63,878 nt of DNA, filler included, from Stramenopiles sp. TOSAG23-2 (GCA_900128395.1; 16 parts of 16 records of this genome joined end to end with filler, not necessarily neighbours in it); one strand, 5' to 3'; shown: positions 49,401 through 60,639, counted from the whole stretch's first letter. Made by a program: numbers and translations. The notes: generated by a model not told the origin, from the letters alone.

Positions 49401-49618
49401 TCATTGGTGGATTTCTCGAAATACGAAGACGTCAACGGAAAAAAGCAATGGAACGCTATGCTATTAAACGTATGCGAAGAAAATTCAAAGGTGCACAACG
49501 TGCTGCTGGGAGGTCTGGCAAGAAAGGAGCACCGGCAGCTGGTGCCGGTGCTGCTCCAGGAGGTGGCAAAGACGAGAATATTGATTGGAAGAAATATTAC
49601 AATGAAAATAAAAAATAG
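46493..49618 (+). CDS. Type I membrane protein with Kelch-like repeats, Cys-rich/EGF-like inserts and an Ig-like juxtamembrane domain
   Basis: Repeated W.PR..H / YIFGG / NDVW motifs; LEVRGVDPAGNVD; TM LIITGIIGIVAFIIGGFL followed by a basic stop-transfer segment. Confidence 0.85.
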   Translation: MLEMACHIYIYLHVATLLYGIFLFFETDKVLSANWAQISGKPYMDINSVQLTGWSERWGHSATNFQSQRPVPCEYVEGVDDNIESLIDSGSTVAATSDDQLILVVGGDSYVQKIGVGYYLNDVWSAPGVKWATFTSTVEKDKWGRPRPRRRSKVVWKQESPHKTPPAGVDYYEWIACPASHVNYPGIQCDKSLYDIEESGGVTLEYWHQGMECQCEPSKDPYPGRVFSPRRNHASLAFRRKAYIFGGRARNIMDIPYDESVGGIPTDDHVLQQKNESQRATYREKTVLMNDIWETSNGDEWFITTPGCREVVLQASHTQDNGHERSTCNTDADCYGNEKCIDGGCVCQMWSPREQFAIEVFPPQPTFTLKTCGQQEEGLECCEPTGPEARMYVFGGFGSRYVQKCAGNACNLDYREFYNDVWRSKKECVQRERELDPTGCRDKNKLVGEEWEMVTPAAPWRGRGGHQVVIHQRKIFLLGGQGGVIDDPWDEPLLNDVWESNDGQNWLNTMPEAEWSPRKNFNAQVVLSMKKKRYGPSRGKKESENFEYIYVFGGWDGESRLDDCYESLNGTAWLQDFSGSGQYLDGSVHDGTISQNYVRPSSDISKLGMMTGAELQLIYDEGITTIDELANAERPIIMKLRGGSYEPDPLDGPDQYRGGDFRFICPLKKRAESVVQFCQPPRIRIDGINDPCPSCAGSFEWDDTTGLDLNPNVEYGGATWEALIADAKSPDDEDVDGCNPPKWITEKDPVTGEVLPRDEDDLIEEDMEFDLNFEIGGYQCVENTTARGTKYFVCRQGKVNLTCINLWSPRDFAASVVVAGNMYILGGRIDDNKFENDVWYRDGASPQTQIVTRPKPPMEVHNSDMMEFQADEADCIYEYRVFDSNNESQLTLILKRNWTYSLQRLSLHEFLPEWYPNDTGWRRLEVRGVDPAGNVDMYLKEDVNTWFDMYDAPKPWGLIITGIIGIVAFIIGGFLEIRRRQRKKAMERYAIKRMRRKFKGAQRAAGRSGKKGAPAAGAGAAPGGGKDENIDWKKYYNENKK

Positions 49619-50245
49619 CGCATCATTGTCTGCGTGTTTGTTTTAAATGATATGCATATATATATATATGATAATCTGAATGTTGTATCTGGTATTTTGA
49701 CATAGAAAATAAGGTTTTGTCCTGATTTGGGACATTCTACGTTTGAAAGAGTCTGACGACGCAGACTAATTCTCGATAACTCCTGTAACAGAAATTACCG
49801 ATGAGGTTCTGTTGATATAAAATATGAAGAGGGCGGGGAATAAATTTTACCAGGGTATTAATTCATTGTAATCCTCGCGAGATGCACATTTTATTGCAGA
49901 ACGATTAGCATATATTTATATTCGTACGTATCATATATATACAAAGAAGTATATATATGTGTTTTTCTCTTACTTACAAAGAAGTATATATATATTTTAA
50001 TATATCTATTTACCTCATCGTTAATTCATGTGCCGGGAGTTATTGACACATATTGTGAGATAGACATTAATATATATATATATTACATACATATATATAT
50101 ACAGTATGAGTAAATAAAATCTTTAACTTATAAATAAGAGAATTTNNNNNNNNNNNNNNNNNNNNNNNNNNNNNNNNNNNNNNNNNNNNTTAATTAATTA
50201 ANNNNNNNNNNNNNNNNNNNNNNNNNNNNNNNNNNNNNNNNNNNN

Positions 50246-53200
50246 CAAAAAAACCAAAAAAGGGTAAGGAAAAAGAAGAAGAGGATGAAGAAAAACAAAA
50301 GCAAAAAGAAGAAGAAGCTGAGGAAGTCCTTGGAGACATGAAAGCTGACGGATTACCTTCGCTACCCGATCCAGACGACAAAGACTTAAAAGTTGAAGAA
50401 GACAAAGCTGCAAAAGACGTGGAAGACAAAATAGCTACGTTTGAAAAGGCGAAGGAAGACGTAGACAAAAAAAACGTTGCATTGCTGAATGCAAATCTGA
50501 AATTGAAAGAAACCCAAGTGCAAGCTGAACGAATGAAGAAAAAGACAGCAGCCGCAGTCGAGAAAGCAAGGATAATGACACTTAAATTAAACAATGCAAC
50601 AGATAAGGATCCAGAAACCAGGAAAGTACTTCGCATGAAGGCGGAAACAGCATCAGAAGCATCTGGTACTCAAATTCGTTTGTCAGCCACATTTGCTGAT
50701 GCTGTGGCATTAATGGCCAAAAAAGCAAAGGAAGCATCGGTAGCATTAGCTGATGCAACATTCAAGAAAAAGCAAGCGAAAGACGAATTGATAGCAGCTG
50801 AAAAGAAAAAGGAAGTTGAGGAAGAATTCGATAGCGAAAGTAGTAAGGCATTGGGTGTGGAGAACGAAGATGACGAAGATGACGACGATAAAGATGATGC
50901 TGATGATGACGAGGGAGACGATAAGGATGAGGACATTGATAAGATGGATGAGAAAAATATTAGTGATGAAGATGCATATGGATGGTTACGCGATGACAAT
51001 TGGATCAAGGAGAATCAAGATGAAAATTCAAAAAAAACAAAGCTAAATCTAACTCATATCAATTTAAATTTAGCAAAACTAAAAACATTGCATTGTAAAT
51101 CTGCATATAATTTAGTCTTTGTGACAGACAATGAAATGAGTGATATTTTTGAATTTTTACAACGTACAGATACTTTGAAGATGGAACAGGCAATGCAAAA
51201 AATGTCACAAGCTATCAAATATATCGTTTTGACGGTATTTGAATACCGATCGTGCTCGCATTATATGAAACAGATGAAAATCGAAAATGATTTTGAATTT
51301 TACGATTTGTTACAACATGTTAAACCAAGAAGTCAACGGCCTATTTGGGCTAGGAAATATACAAAACCAAAAGTAAATAAATTGTTTTTGCAATCAAATC
51401 GGACATTGCAACGTATCCTTTTCATCGAATCAGAGGCAAAACAATTAGAGAATATGCGTGATCAAATGGCTAAGAAATATAAATGCGTATTGCCTGGTGG
51501 GGATCAGGTAGATGATCAGAAAACATATAAAAAATTAGAGGAAAATTTAATTCCCAGAGAAATTTCAAAAGGTATTGTGAATAAGGCGTTACCTGGTAAA
51601 AATTCAGACAATAGCAAAAACCTACTAAATAGAAATACAGATAGTTATAGTAAAAACATCTTTCAAAAGCCAAAAATACTTAAGTTTGATCCACAGTATG
51701 ATCAGAAGATTCCATACAATTTACAACACAAAACGGAAAAAGTCAGTGATGATATTGAAAAAGCTGAGAAACTAGCTGCTGATAATGTAATACAAAGCGC
51801 ATCTAGATCCATGTTGGTTCCATTATTGAACATGAAACAATATTTAAGAAACAACGTATCAGTACAGATGGAACGGGAGCAACGCCTTAACTCAGATGGA
51901 ACCTTAAGAAAACTACCGCTTGACAACAATGGTGGTAAAGAAAATGACGACAAAAAGTCCACAGATTCCAGTTTGAAATATGTATCAAAAGAAGTCAAAC
52001 CTCGGAAAAATGTACCTGGCATAAGGATAGTTGATGCAGAGGAAGATCCTAGGGATAAATTGAAGATCCGATCTAGCGAATATAAGCCAGAGACAAGCAA
52101 AACGTCTGAGGATGAATCTGCGTCACTGTTAGAAATCCACAATGAGGCTGACAGTAGGCATGGCGAGCCCGTACAACAGCCTTTTTCACAAGATTTATTT
52201 GACGCACATGCAATATCAGATCGATTAGGCAATGCAGGTATCATATCATCAACTGGACAGGCACATATTGCTTTAAGTAAACCAGGGGTATCATGCGCTG
52301 TAACGTGTTTAAAGGTAACAGATAATTTACAAGTTTCATATCCAACGAAACTACAGTGTAATGCCAAAGAGACAAGGCGGTTGAATAATTGCAACGAAAT
52401 GACAAATAGTGTTCTTTGTAGAAAAGGGTGTAGATATATTGATGAAATAAAATATCCAGGAGTAGTAGCTAGTACATTTTATTATTTTTATCGAAACAGA
52501 GATGGTAAATTAATCCGAACCAGTGCTGGCAAAGGAACGTGTTTAATCTACAAAGGAAGTGCAAGTGCTATTAGTTGTGATGGTCAGCATCGTAATGTTC
52601 AGCGAATATGCGCATGTGGGTTTGATCGAAAAAATCCTGCCATGGTACCACCAAAAAAAGCGAAAGATGCAAAGAAAAGCAATGTTGTTAACAGGGGGGG
52701 ACAACCACCAGCAAAACCATCAATAATAGCACCATCAAAGGCAACAGCAAAAAGATCAAAGAACGTTAAACAGAACACTGTTAACAAACAAAAGGCAAAG
52801 GCTGTAAACAAAAAAGTTCATTCCAAGAAAAATATTCAAAACGTGATACATAAACAAGCCGGTAAAGACTCCAACATGCATTACCTACATGATAACATAG
52901 CGAGTCAATGTCCAGATTATTTAATTCGGCTGGATGCAAAAGTAAAACAAATTACCCATTCACAGCACGAGCTAAGCCTTGCAATGCAAGAACGTGCTGT
53001 GTTTTTACGAAAAAAAGCAAATTACCTACTAGATCGAGCACGTTCTGTTGAAGAAATTTATTTAAAAACAAAAGGAAACAATAAAGGTTTATATTCAAAA
53101 GAATTAAATGCTGCTGATATGGCTTTAAAGTTTGATCAAGATGCAGCGAAAAAGGCACGATCACGACAAGCTGAAGCGGAGAAAGCATTACAGACAATCG

Positions 53201-54317
53201 GTAAAAAAGTACAAGAAATTCACAAAGAGCGAGAGGAAATGTTAATCGCATCAAATCCATTGGTGTCTTTCATACAAATTAAAACAGAGGAAAAAATTAC
53301 GCAAAGAATGAATTCATTACTACAAATGCAAAGCAAAGAGAAAGCTGTTCGAGAAGGGAAAAAGTCAGATCCAGTCAGGATAGAATCAGATGAAATAAGA
53401 GATTTTCAAAACCCAGATGCTGGCGTCAAGTCTGGTAAGGGGGGGAATGGGGGTGTAGGGCTACCATCCCCCGGCAAATGTCAAAAGGGGTATTTTGCTC
53501 GTGTCATAACACAAGAATTAATACATACGCTGACAACATTCTTCGTCGGGGCATTTTCTCGCCACATACCTGAAGCGGTGACTGGACCAACAGTTGATGC
53601 CGTTAGTGCACAAATACAGGATCAATTAGCAACAGGGACTGCGGAACGGTTAGAGAAAACCTTGAGTGATGCGCAGCGAGATTTGCTTTCATTCACCGTA
53701 CCAACTGCAATAGAAGCAGTAGCTACTCGGCCATGCGCAGTTATGGCAGTGTACACAATAGCACATCTTTTAACACGTGGTTTAACGCATACGTTAACTC
53801 CAACGTTGGTGCATTCATTAGCCTACGGGGACCATGAAGAAACATATTGTTATAATTGCCATACATATGGAGAACAATGCAATTTATGCTTTCACAGTGA
53901 CGAATCGACATATTATGCAAGTCATTATAGTGATTATTACCAATCTTATTATTCTGATTATTATGCAGATTTTTACATTGAAAAATTCATACGCGATTTA
54001 CCACCATTACCACAGCCTCCAGGATTACCAAAGGAAGATGGCACGGAGGTCGGTGAAGAAGAACCTCCACCTAAACCGGGTGGAGGTAAGGAGGAATGTA
54101 AAGCATATTTGTCAGAACATCAAGGAGGTAAATTTTATGATTGTAATGATAATGGGCGTGCTAGAGATGCTGGAAATGACCAAGGCTGCATTGATAATGT
54201 TTTAGGAAAGCCAGATCCATTTGGTGATGGCAGAAAAGTAAAAGTTGTAAAAAATTGGGGTGCAGATGGACATTGTGGTGCGAAAAAGGAGGAAAGGAGG
54301 TATGTAAAGTATATTTG
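50246..54317 (+). CDS. Large uncharacterised protein (coiled coils, Cys-rich module, Thr/His-rich helical region, Tyr-rich motif); truncated at both ends
   Basis: The open frame spans the whole contig. GVSCAVTC...SCDGQHRNVQRICAC; LTRGLTHTLTPTL; YYASHYSDYYQSYYSDYY. Confidence 0.85.
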
Positions 54318-54687
54318 NNNNNNNNNNNNNNNNNNNNNNNNNNNNNNNNNNNNNNNNNNNNTTAATTAATTAANNNNNNNNNNNNNNNNNNNNNNNNNNN
54401 NNNNNNNNNNNNNNNNNGGGCATCATAGGAAGGCGGAGAATAAATTGTACCAGGGTACAAATCATTATACGATTCACCAAATGCACATTTTAAAGCAAAA
54501 CGATTATTATAGGCGCAAGTGCAAGATGGGTAAAAATATAAAAACTCTTATCATAAACTTTTGATACTTTTATTCCAGAAATTAATTAATTTTTACGAAG
54601 TATACGCGTATAAAATATATTTTTATATATTTTAAACACTATTAATTTAGTATGATGTACTTTTTATAATATTATTACTACCTTCTC

Positions 54688-57600
54688 TCAAATTAAAACC
54701 TCAGCATCCATGCCACTTTCACTCAATTTTTTCTCCCGCTTCAATCTACGTACCAAATGGCCGCGAACAATACGTTGGCAATCAATAGATGCTTTATTCA
54801 CAATTAACTCCTGTAAACGCTGTAGCTCGCGTTCTTGATCCGAACGATACAATACCATAGTGGAACCGATTACTACTGGGTCTTCTTTCAAGACATCAGA
54901 TACGTGACTAATTTCTTTCACAAATGCCTTACAAAATTGAGTATCATCCATTGCCTCTATTTCGTTTGCTTCTGTTACGTTTAATTTAAGACCAACTTCT
55001 TTGGAATACGATTTGGATACAATACATTTATACATTGTACGAAAGTCTTTGTGCTTTTCCCGGAAAGGAAATCCAGTCTCGCGTATGCGCGCAACATCAA
55101 ATACACCACTATATTGTAATTGGTCCAATATCATCTTGCTCTCGAATATACCTGCTTTTTTTTTATTATTGGATTTAATACAACGTATAAAATGCGATTT
55201 AGTGGAAACCAACATTTTAGACAAACTGTTTAAGCTACTTGAAAAACGTTTTCCAATAGTTTTTACTTTTTTTAAGCGCCCGTGTTTATCTTTTTCTGCT
55301 TTGTGTGATTCGAATAATCCTTTGATAAATTCATTTTTGGATCCCAACATCACTTTTTTCAAGTCTTCATGTAATTCATCCTTATTTTTCTCTACAAAAT
55401 TATTGCTATCATATTCGACATTTCCAGCATAATGACTTATGACAAACGCTTCTGATCCTGGGCGTACAGATATGCAATATTGTTTTCCATTTTTACTACC
55501 ACGACCATCAAAGCCAGCCGTTTGATGTTTAACAATTTTATTGAAAAAACCAAGCGAACTTCCACCTGGTCTAGCACCCTCTAGGTCTAATAATTCAAAG
55601 AGACTATGTTTATCTTTTGATGATGCTATTGCATCTATGATCGGTTGATTGTCTTGAAACTTCACCTCCCCGACGATATCTGCCACACCTTCGTCATTAT
55701 ACAATGACATTTCATTTTTGAAAGTCGTTCGATTGAAATGTTGTTGTAACTTTTCATTTGCCAAGTTAATACATAATTGCTCAAAGCTATTTGTTTCAAA
55801 TATTTCAAAGCCAAAGATATCCAAAATACCGATGAAACTTTTACTATCTTCCTTATCTTCTTCCGATACAGCAGCTGCTTTGTTGATGCGTTCGATTAGC
55901 CAATCAAACATATATCCATAAATTGCTTTTACAACTGCATCGCGTTCAACACTTGCTTCTTCTACATCCATATTCCTTATAACCATCGATCCACCAGCTT
56001 TAATCTGACATTTTGTCAACCACATGCTAAATTCTTCTTCATCGATTTGAAGTAATTTACTTGTACTTCCAACCCATGTTTTGGTTTTTGCATCAATTTC
56101 ACACGCATCATCTCTACTGTCTGCTTTTGGTGTGAATGAGATATTGCCAAAATGTAAAATACCAGCAACAATACGAAATAAAGAATAAATTTCATTTTCA
56201 TCCAGTTGTAAACGATGCAATGCCTCTTGAAGTTCTAGGAAATTATTTCTTTCATCGCTATGACCACCAACTGTGCAACAGCCACTTTGATTTAAATAAT
56301 GATATGGTTGACAGCGTTCTTCTGGCGATTGAAAATGATCGTCTCCATCATGATCTTCCCCAATATTTAATTCCTCTTGTAATTTTTCTGGTGCACCTAA
56401 TAATAGTTGGTAAAATACATGGAAATTTCTTTCTCCTTTAATTTGAGATACAACACGTGAACGTTCCAACAAATAGCTTGTATTTGAACATCCTAAAATT
56501 GCATGCCTTTCATCAAAATGAACCACTAGGAATTTACCAAATCTCGATGAATTATTATTTCTTAACGTTCTTGCATTTCCAAACGCTTCTAATACTGGCG
56601 ATGCGGACATAATTTTATCAACGACACTAGAATTCACGCCCGGTGCATAACCCATCATTAATAAACTGCGATTGGAACGTGCTAATTTTTTCTTGGATTT
56701 AGCAAAACTAGCCTGTTTATCTACTCCTTCAGGCGCATTTTGTTTCTGCTTATTTTTTTTGGATCGGGACATCGAAACTGCTGCTAAGTAACCAATGCAT
56801 TGTTTAGCCGCTTCCGTTTTACCGGCTCCACTTTCGCCACTAATAATGATAGATTGATTCATTTTAATTCCTTTTTTCCCTGCCAACGCAACAAATGCAC
56901 GTTCTGCAATTCCGTATACATGTGGCGCAGTGATTGCACTACGATTGTTCACTTGGTCATATTTCAATCGAGAATCGACATAATATTGTATTACATCCGG
57001 CGTATACAGCTCCTTGATCCAATGAAATGGATTTACAGATATTAAAATATCACCAATATTTGTATAAACCCTGTCCTTCAAAAATCGCATTTTCAAATGA
57101 TACAATATCGTAGCTGGATTGATATTTTCAGCTTGCATCAAATCATTTGGCACAATTGCTAAGGATTTTGGATGGAACAAAGGATATGCATAATTTGCCC
57201 AATCGTCTCCTGAAGATTTTTTCTTTGCCCCTCGATTCTTACGTATACCTTTTGTTTTTTTTTTCGTTGGCATTCCATCATTTCGCAAGACTTTGTAATT
57301 TGAACTTACAATTGCTTGATTGTTTGAACTAGTTTGGCAATCCCATTTTTCCTCACCTTTGTATTCATCCATTTCATAACCAATAACTTTTGCAGGAACA
57401 AAACCATCTTTAGCATCTGGTACAAACAACCATTGTTTTTCTTTTAATCCTTTTATTTCACTGGAACGGTACATGACTGATTGTGGTACCATTTCTTGTA
57501 ATTCTTTTACTAATTTACGCGATTCTCGAGTCCAATGTAAACATTCAGGCATGCCCCTTGCAGCTGCAGCGGCTTCTGCTTCTGCACGAGCTTCTTCTGA

Positions 57601-58455
57601 GACTAATGCATCATGGGCGTGTTCAATTTCTGCATCCAAACGCTCACATAAATTTTCTGCATCGCGATAAATACTTTGTCCTTTTAAATAAAATAAAAAC
57701 CCCGTTGCTTTTGGTACAACTACATCTACAGCTTCTATCGCCTGTTCTAAACGCTGTAGCAATATTTGTGCTTCTTCAACATCATGCATTTGTGAAGTAG
57801 CCTTTGCAGCAGCATTTGTACCACCATTTTCACTTCCATCCTTCTCTGTGATTGGTTTTAGCAATGATGATGAAGAACATGCTTGTATTTCTAATAGCAA
57901 CGCGTCAACTACTTTTTTCTCTTTTGCAACATTACGTTCATGCTCTTCTTTCTTTTTCCGTGCTTCTTCTTTTTTCCGTGCTGCTTCTTCTTTTTTTTGT
58001 GCTGCTTCTTTTTTTCTCCGTGCCTTTTCTTCTGGTGTTTTGCTTTTTCGCCTCTTCTTTTTTGGCGAAGAGGAAGGAGTGCTAGCAATACCATTCGCAG
58101 CTTTTGCTTTCTTTGGCGATGATAAACTTTTTTTGCTAAAATGACTATCATCAATTTCAGGTGCAAATTTAACCTTTTTTTTCACAATTGCTGCGTTTTC
58201 TTTTGCTTTTTCTGTTGCTTTTAACACGTCATTTAATTGTTTCTTCAACTCATACAATTCACGTGCATATAATGCCTCTGTTTGTGCATGTTTAGCAGCT
58301 CTTTCCATTGCTTCTTTGTATTCGATATATGAGACAACAAGCGGCATGCCACCTTTCGTATATACGTATGTCGTATCTTGTTTGGTCTCATCATTTGACG
58401 TTGTTTTCCTAGTATACCATAGAACAGGTGTTTTAGAATATGTTTTCCACTCCAT
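54688..58455 (-). CDS. Myosin heavy chain with a long N-terminal extension, one IQ-like motif and almost no tail
   Basis: P-loop GESGAGKT, switch I NNNSSRFG, switch II DIFGFE, FIRCIK and IQ-like CQRIVRGHLVR. Confidence 0.95.
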   Translation of the reverse strand: MEWKTYSKTPVLWYTRKTTSNDETKQDTTYVYTKGGMPLVVSYIEYKEAMERAAKHAQTEALYARELYELKKQLNDVLKATEKAKENAAIVKKKVKFAPEIDDSHFSKKSLSSPKKAKAANGIASTPSSSPKKKRRKSKTPEEKARRKKEAAQKKEEAARKKEEARKKKEEHERNVAKEKKVVDALLLEIQACSSSSLLKPITEKDGSENGGTNAAAKATSQMHDVEEAQILLQRLEQAIEAVDVVVPKATGFLFYLKGQSIYRDAENLCERLDAEIEHAHDALVSEEARAEAEAAAAARGMPECLHWTRESRKLVKELQEMVPQSVMYRSSEIKGLKEKQWLFVPDAKDGFVPAKVIGYEMDEYKGEEKWDCQTSSNNQAIVSSNYKVLRNDGMPTKKKTKGIRKNRGAKKKSSGDDWANYAYPLFHPKSLAIVPNDLMQAENINPATILYHLKMRFLKDRVYTNIGDILISVNPFHWIKELYTPDVIQYYVDSRLKYDQVNNRSAITAPHVYGIAERAFVALAGKKGIKMNQSIIISGESGAGKTEAAKQCIGYLAAVSMSRSKKNKQKQNAPEGVDKQASFAKSKKKLARSNRSLLMMGYAPGVNSSVVDKIMSASPVLEAFGNARTLRNNNSSRFGKFLVVHFDERHAILGCSNTSYLLERSRVVSQIKGERNFHVFYQLLLGAPEKLQEELNIGEDHDGDDHFQSPEERCQPYHYLNQSGCCTVGGHSDERNNFLELQEALHRLQLDENEIYSLFRIVAGILHFGNISFTPKADSRDDACEIDAKTKTWVGSTSKLLQIDEEEFSMWLTKCQIKAGGSMVIRNMDVEEASVERDAVVKAIYGYMFDWLIERINKAAAVSEEDKEDSKSFIGILDIFGFEIFETNSFEQLCINLANEKLQQHFNRTTFKNEMSLYNDEGVADIVGEVKFQDNQPIIDAIASSKDKHSLFELLDLEGARPGGSSLGFFNKIVKHQTAGFDGRGSKNGKQYCISVRPGSEAFVISHYAGNVEYDSNNFVEKNKDELHEDLKKVMLGSKNEFIKGLFESHKAEKDKHGRLKKVKTIGKRFSSSLNSLSKMLVSTKSHFIRCIKSNNKKKAGIFESKMILDQLQYSGVFDVARIRETGFPFREKHKDFRTMYKCIVSKSYSKEVGLKLNVTEANEIEAMDDTQFCKAFVKEISHVSDVLKEDPVVIGSTMVLYRSDQERELQRLQELIVNKASIDCQRIVRGHLVRRLKREKKLSESGMDAEVLI

Positions 58456-58589
58456 AATATTATAGCAATGTGTTTAAAAATTTATATATNNNNNNNNNNN
58501 NNNNNNNNNNNNNNNNNNNNNNNNNNNNNNNNNTTAATTAATTAANNNNNNNNNNNNNNNNNNNNNNNNNNNNNNNNNNNNNNNNNNNN

Positions 58590-59140
58590 TTCTTTTAAAA
58601 ATATGAATGGAACAGAAATAAGCATAGCAACACCTAATAATTTTGACAATGTTTTCCCTGGTAATTTATGATTCAATCTGGCGCCAAACTTGGATGCAGC
58701 AACGGCAGATATAGATAAAAGGATACCAATTGGTATATTAGCGTATCCTTGCGATGAATAACTCACAGCTGCTACTGCTGTAGACACAGACACGGCGCAT
58801 AAAGACGTAGCTGTAATTTGATGCATATTTAATTTCGTAAATTGTTTTAATACTGGCATTATAATTAAGCCACCACCGACACCACACAAAGCGCCTGAAA
58901 ATATTATTGAAGAATGAGAAAATGAAAAAGAGAAAGCAAATGTTAGATTGGATTACTAAATAGCAGAATATATATATTCATCATTACGTGTAACTTACCA
59001 CACAACCCAGCAAATGAGCCAGTAGGGAGGCCAATTGCAGCCAATTTAAAATAATTTTCACCAGAATTGGTATTTGCACTGCTGCTACCAAATGCACGTT
59101 TTAAAAATGGCGTTCTTTTTAATATCGTTCTTGTCAACAT
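58590..59140 (-). CDS. TauE/SafE (sulfite exporter family) membrane protein with a presequence-like N-terminus; two exons (59140-58999 and 58894-58590), 3'-truncated
   Basis: GVGGGLIIMP and ATSL motifs; the exons join in frame across intron 58895-58998. Confidence 0.85.
58895..58998 (-). other. Spliceosomal intron, 104 nt
   Basis: GTAAGT donor, CTAAC branch point, pyrimidine tract and TTTCAG acceptor; removal preserves the frame. Confidence 0.85.
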
Positions 59141-59464
59141 GTCTTCTTTTCTCTTTGTTTTTTAAAATGTTTTGTATATCTATATCTATATATGAAGATG
59201 ACGCGACGACTTATATTGACAACTATAACTTAAACATCTTTATTTCTTAACTTGAAAAATTAAATTATTTTAATCTCTAATAATTATATATATATTATTA
59301 TCCGAAAAAAATACGCATGTGCGCATCATCTTCTCGTAATATATAATAAATAAAAAAAAAAAAAAAAATGTTCAAGCCATAGTGCCTTTCGTTTACTGTA
59401 TCAGGTACGCCAGTACGCACGTACGCACGTATATAGAAATAACAACAATATAATAGAAAACATA

Positions 59465-60535
59465 TTGGACATTATGAACATGTTTCCTAATAGAAAGTTT
59501 CCTTTATTTCGATTCTCTACTAGTTATCGTTTCTTTAGTAACAGTAGTTGTAGAACGCAACGTACATTAAAAAAATCTATATATTTTAGTGGCATAAGTT
59601 TGCATAATGGGAAACAAGTTAATTTAAGTATTCATCCGTCAACACATGTAAATAATAGTACAGGAATACTTTTTCAAACTCCAAACGGCATGATACCAGC
59701 ATCATACGAGAATGTATCTAGCACTAATTTTTGCACAACGCTTTGCGGTTTTAAAACGAGTAATGAGGCAGGTTCATTATCAAATATATATTTTGTACAC
59801 ACGGTTGAACATCTTCTAGCTGCATTTTATATTTGTAACATTCAAAATGCAATTGTTGAAATAGATGGAGAAGAGTTACCGATATTAGATGGAAGTTCTC
59901 AACCTTATTGTGATGCATTTGAAGGCAATGTTGCCCCAATACAAAATAACAAAGCCTTGAAAACACTAAAAATTTTAAAACCAATTAAAGTTCAATCTGG
60001 TGATAGTCATGCAACATTTTTCCCTAACAATGTGGAGAACGAAAATGATAATACGAATAACAATATATCATCACGTGGTGGTAGTAGTGGTACTTTAAGT
60101 ATATCTGTAGATGTTGATTTTGAACCATTTTCATTACCACGTGATCAAATAGAAGTAAATGATTTAGAATTTTTAAAAGAAATAAGTTCCGCACGTACAT
60201 TTACATTTGAACATGTTATTTCAAAATTAAAAGAAGATGGATTAATTAAAGGCGGTAGTATGGAAAATGCAATTGTATATGATAAAAATGGTATTCCTTT
60301 GAATAAGGAACCATTGCGTTTTGAAAATGAATTTTCAAGGCATAAAATTTTAGATTGTATTGGTGATTTGTCTTTATTAGGCAATGATAGGAAATCCATT
60401 GATAAAATTGATGGTAGATATGTTGTATATAAACCTGGTCATACTATCAATAATAAAATGGTAAACAAATTGATGAAAATATTAGAAGAAGAAGAACAGG
60501 AATTGATTGAAAATAGATCAGTTGTTATAGTGTGA
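59465..60535 (+). CDS. lpxC: UDP-3-O-acyl-N-acetylglucosamine deacetylase with a putative mitochondrial presequence; probable start ATG at 59474 or 59480
   Basis: QRTL, GISLHNG, TVEHLLAA, ELPILDGSS, SARTF, RHKILDCIGDL and KPGH. Confidence 0.95.
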   Translation: MDIMNMFPNRKFPLFRFSTSYRFFSNSSCRTQRTLKKSIYFSGISLHNGKQVNLSIHPSTHVNNSTGILFQTPNGMIPASYENVSSTNFCTTLCGFKTSNEAGSLSNIYFVHTVEHLLAAFYICNIQNAIVEIDGEELPILDGSSQPYCDAFEGNVAPIQNNKALKTLKILKPIKVQSGDSHATFFPNNVENENDNTNNNISSRGGSSGTLSISVDVDFEPFSLPRDQIEVNDLEFLKEISSARTFTFEHVISKLKEDGLIKGGSMENAIVYDKNGIPLNKEPLRFENEFSRHKILDCIGDLSLLGNDRKSIDKIDGRYVVYKPGHTINNKMVNKLMKILEEEEQELIENRSVVIV

Positions 60536-60639
60536 TATCGATATAAGTTAGCAAATGCCTTTTAAAATATAAAGTTCAAATAGATTTTAAAGAAATTTTA
60601 CACATGATATTATCATGTATATTAATATAAACTGAATAG

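Noticed and set aside
59465-60535. Bacterial contamination as the source of lpxC
   Set aside because: The same contig has an intron-containing gene and an ER-type DnaJ, and lpxC has an Asn-rich insert and the host's base composition.
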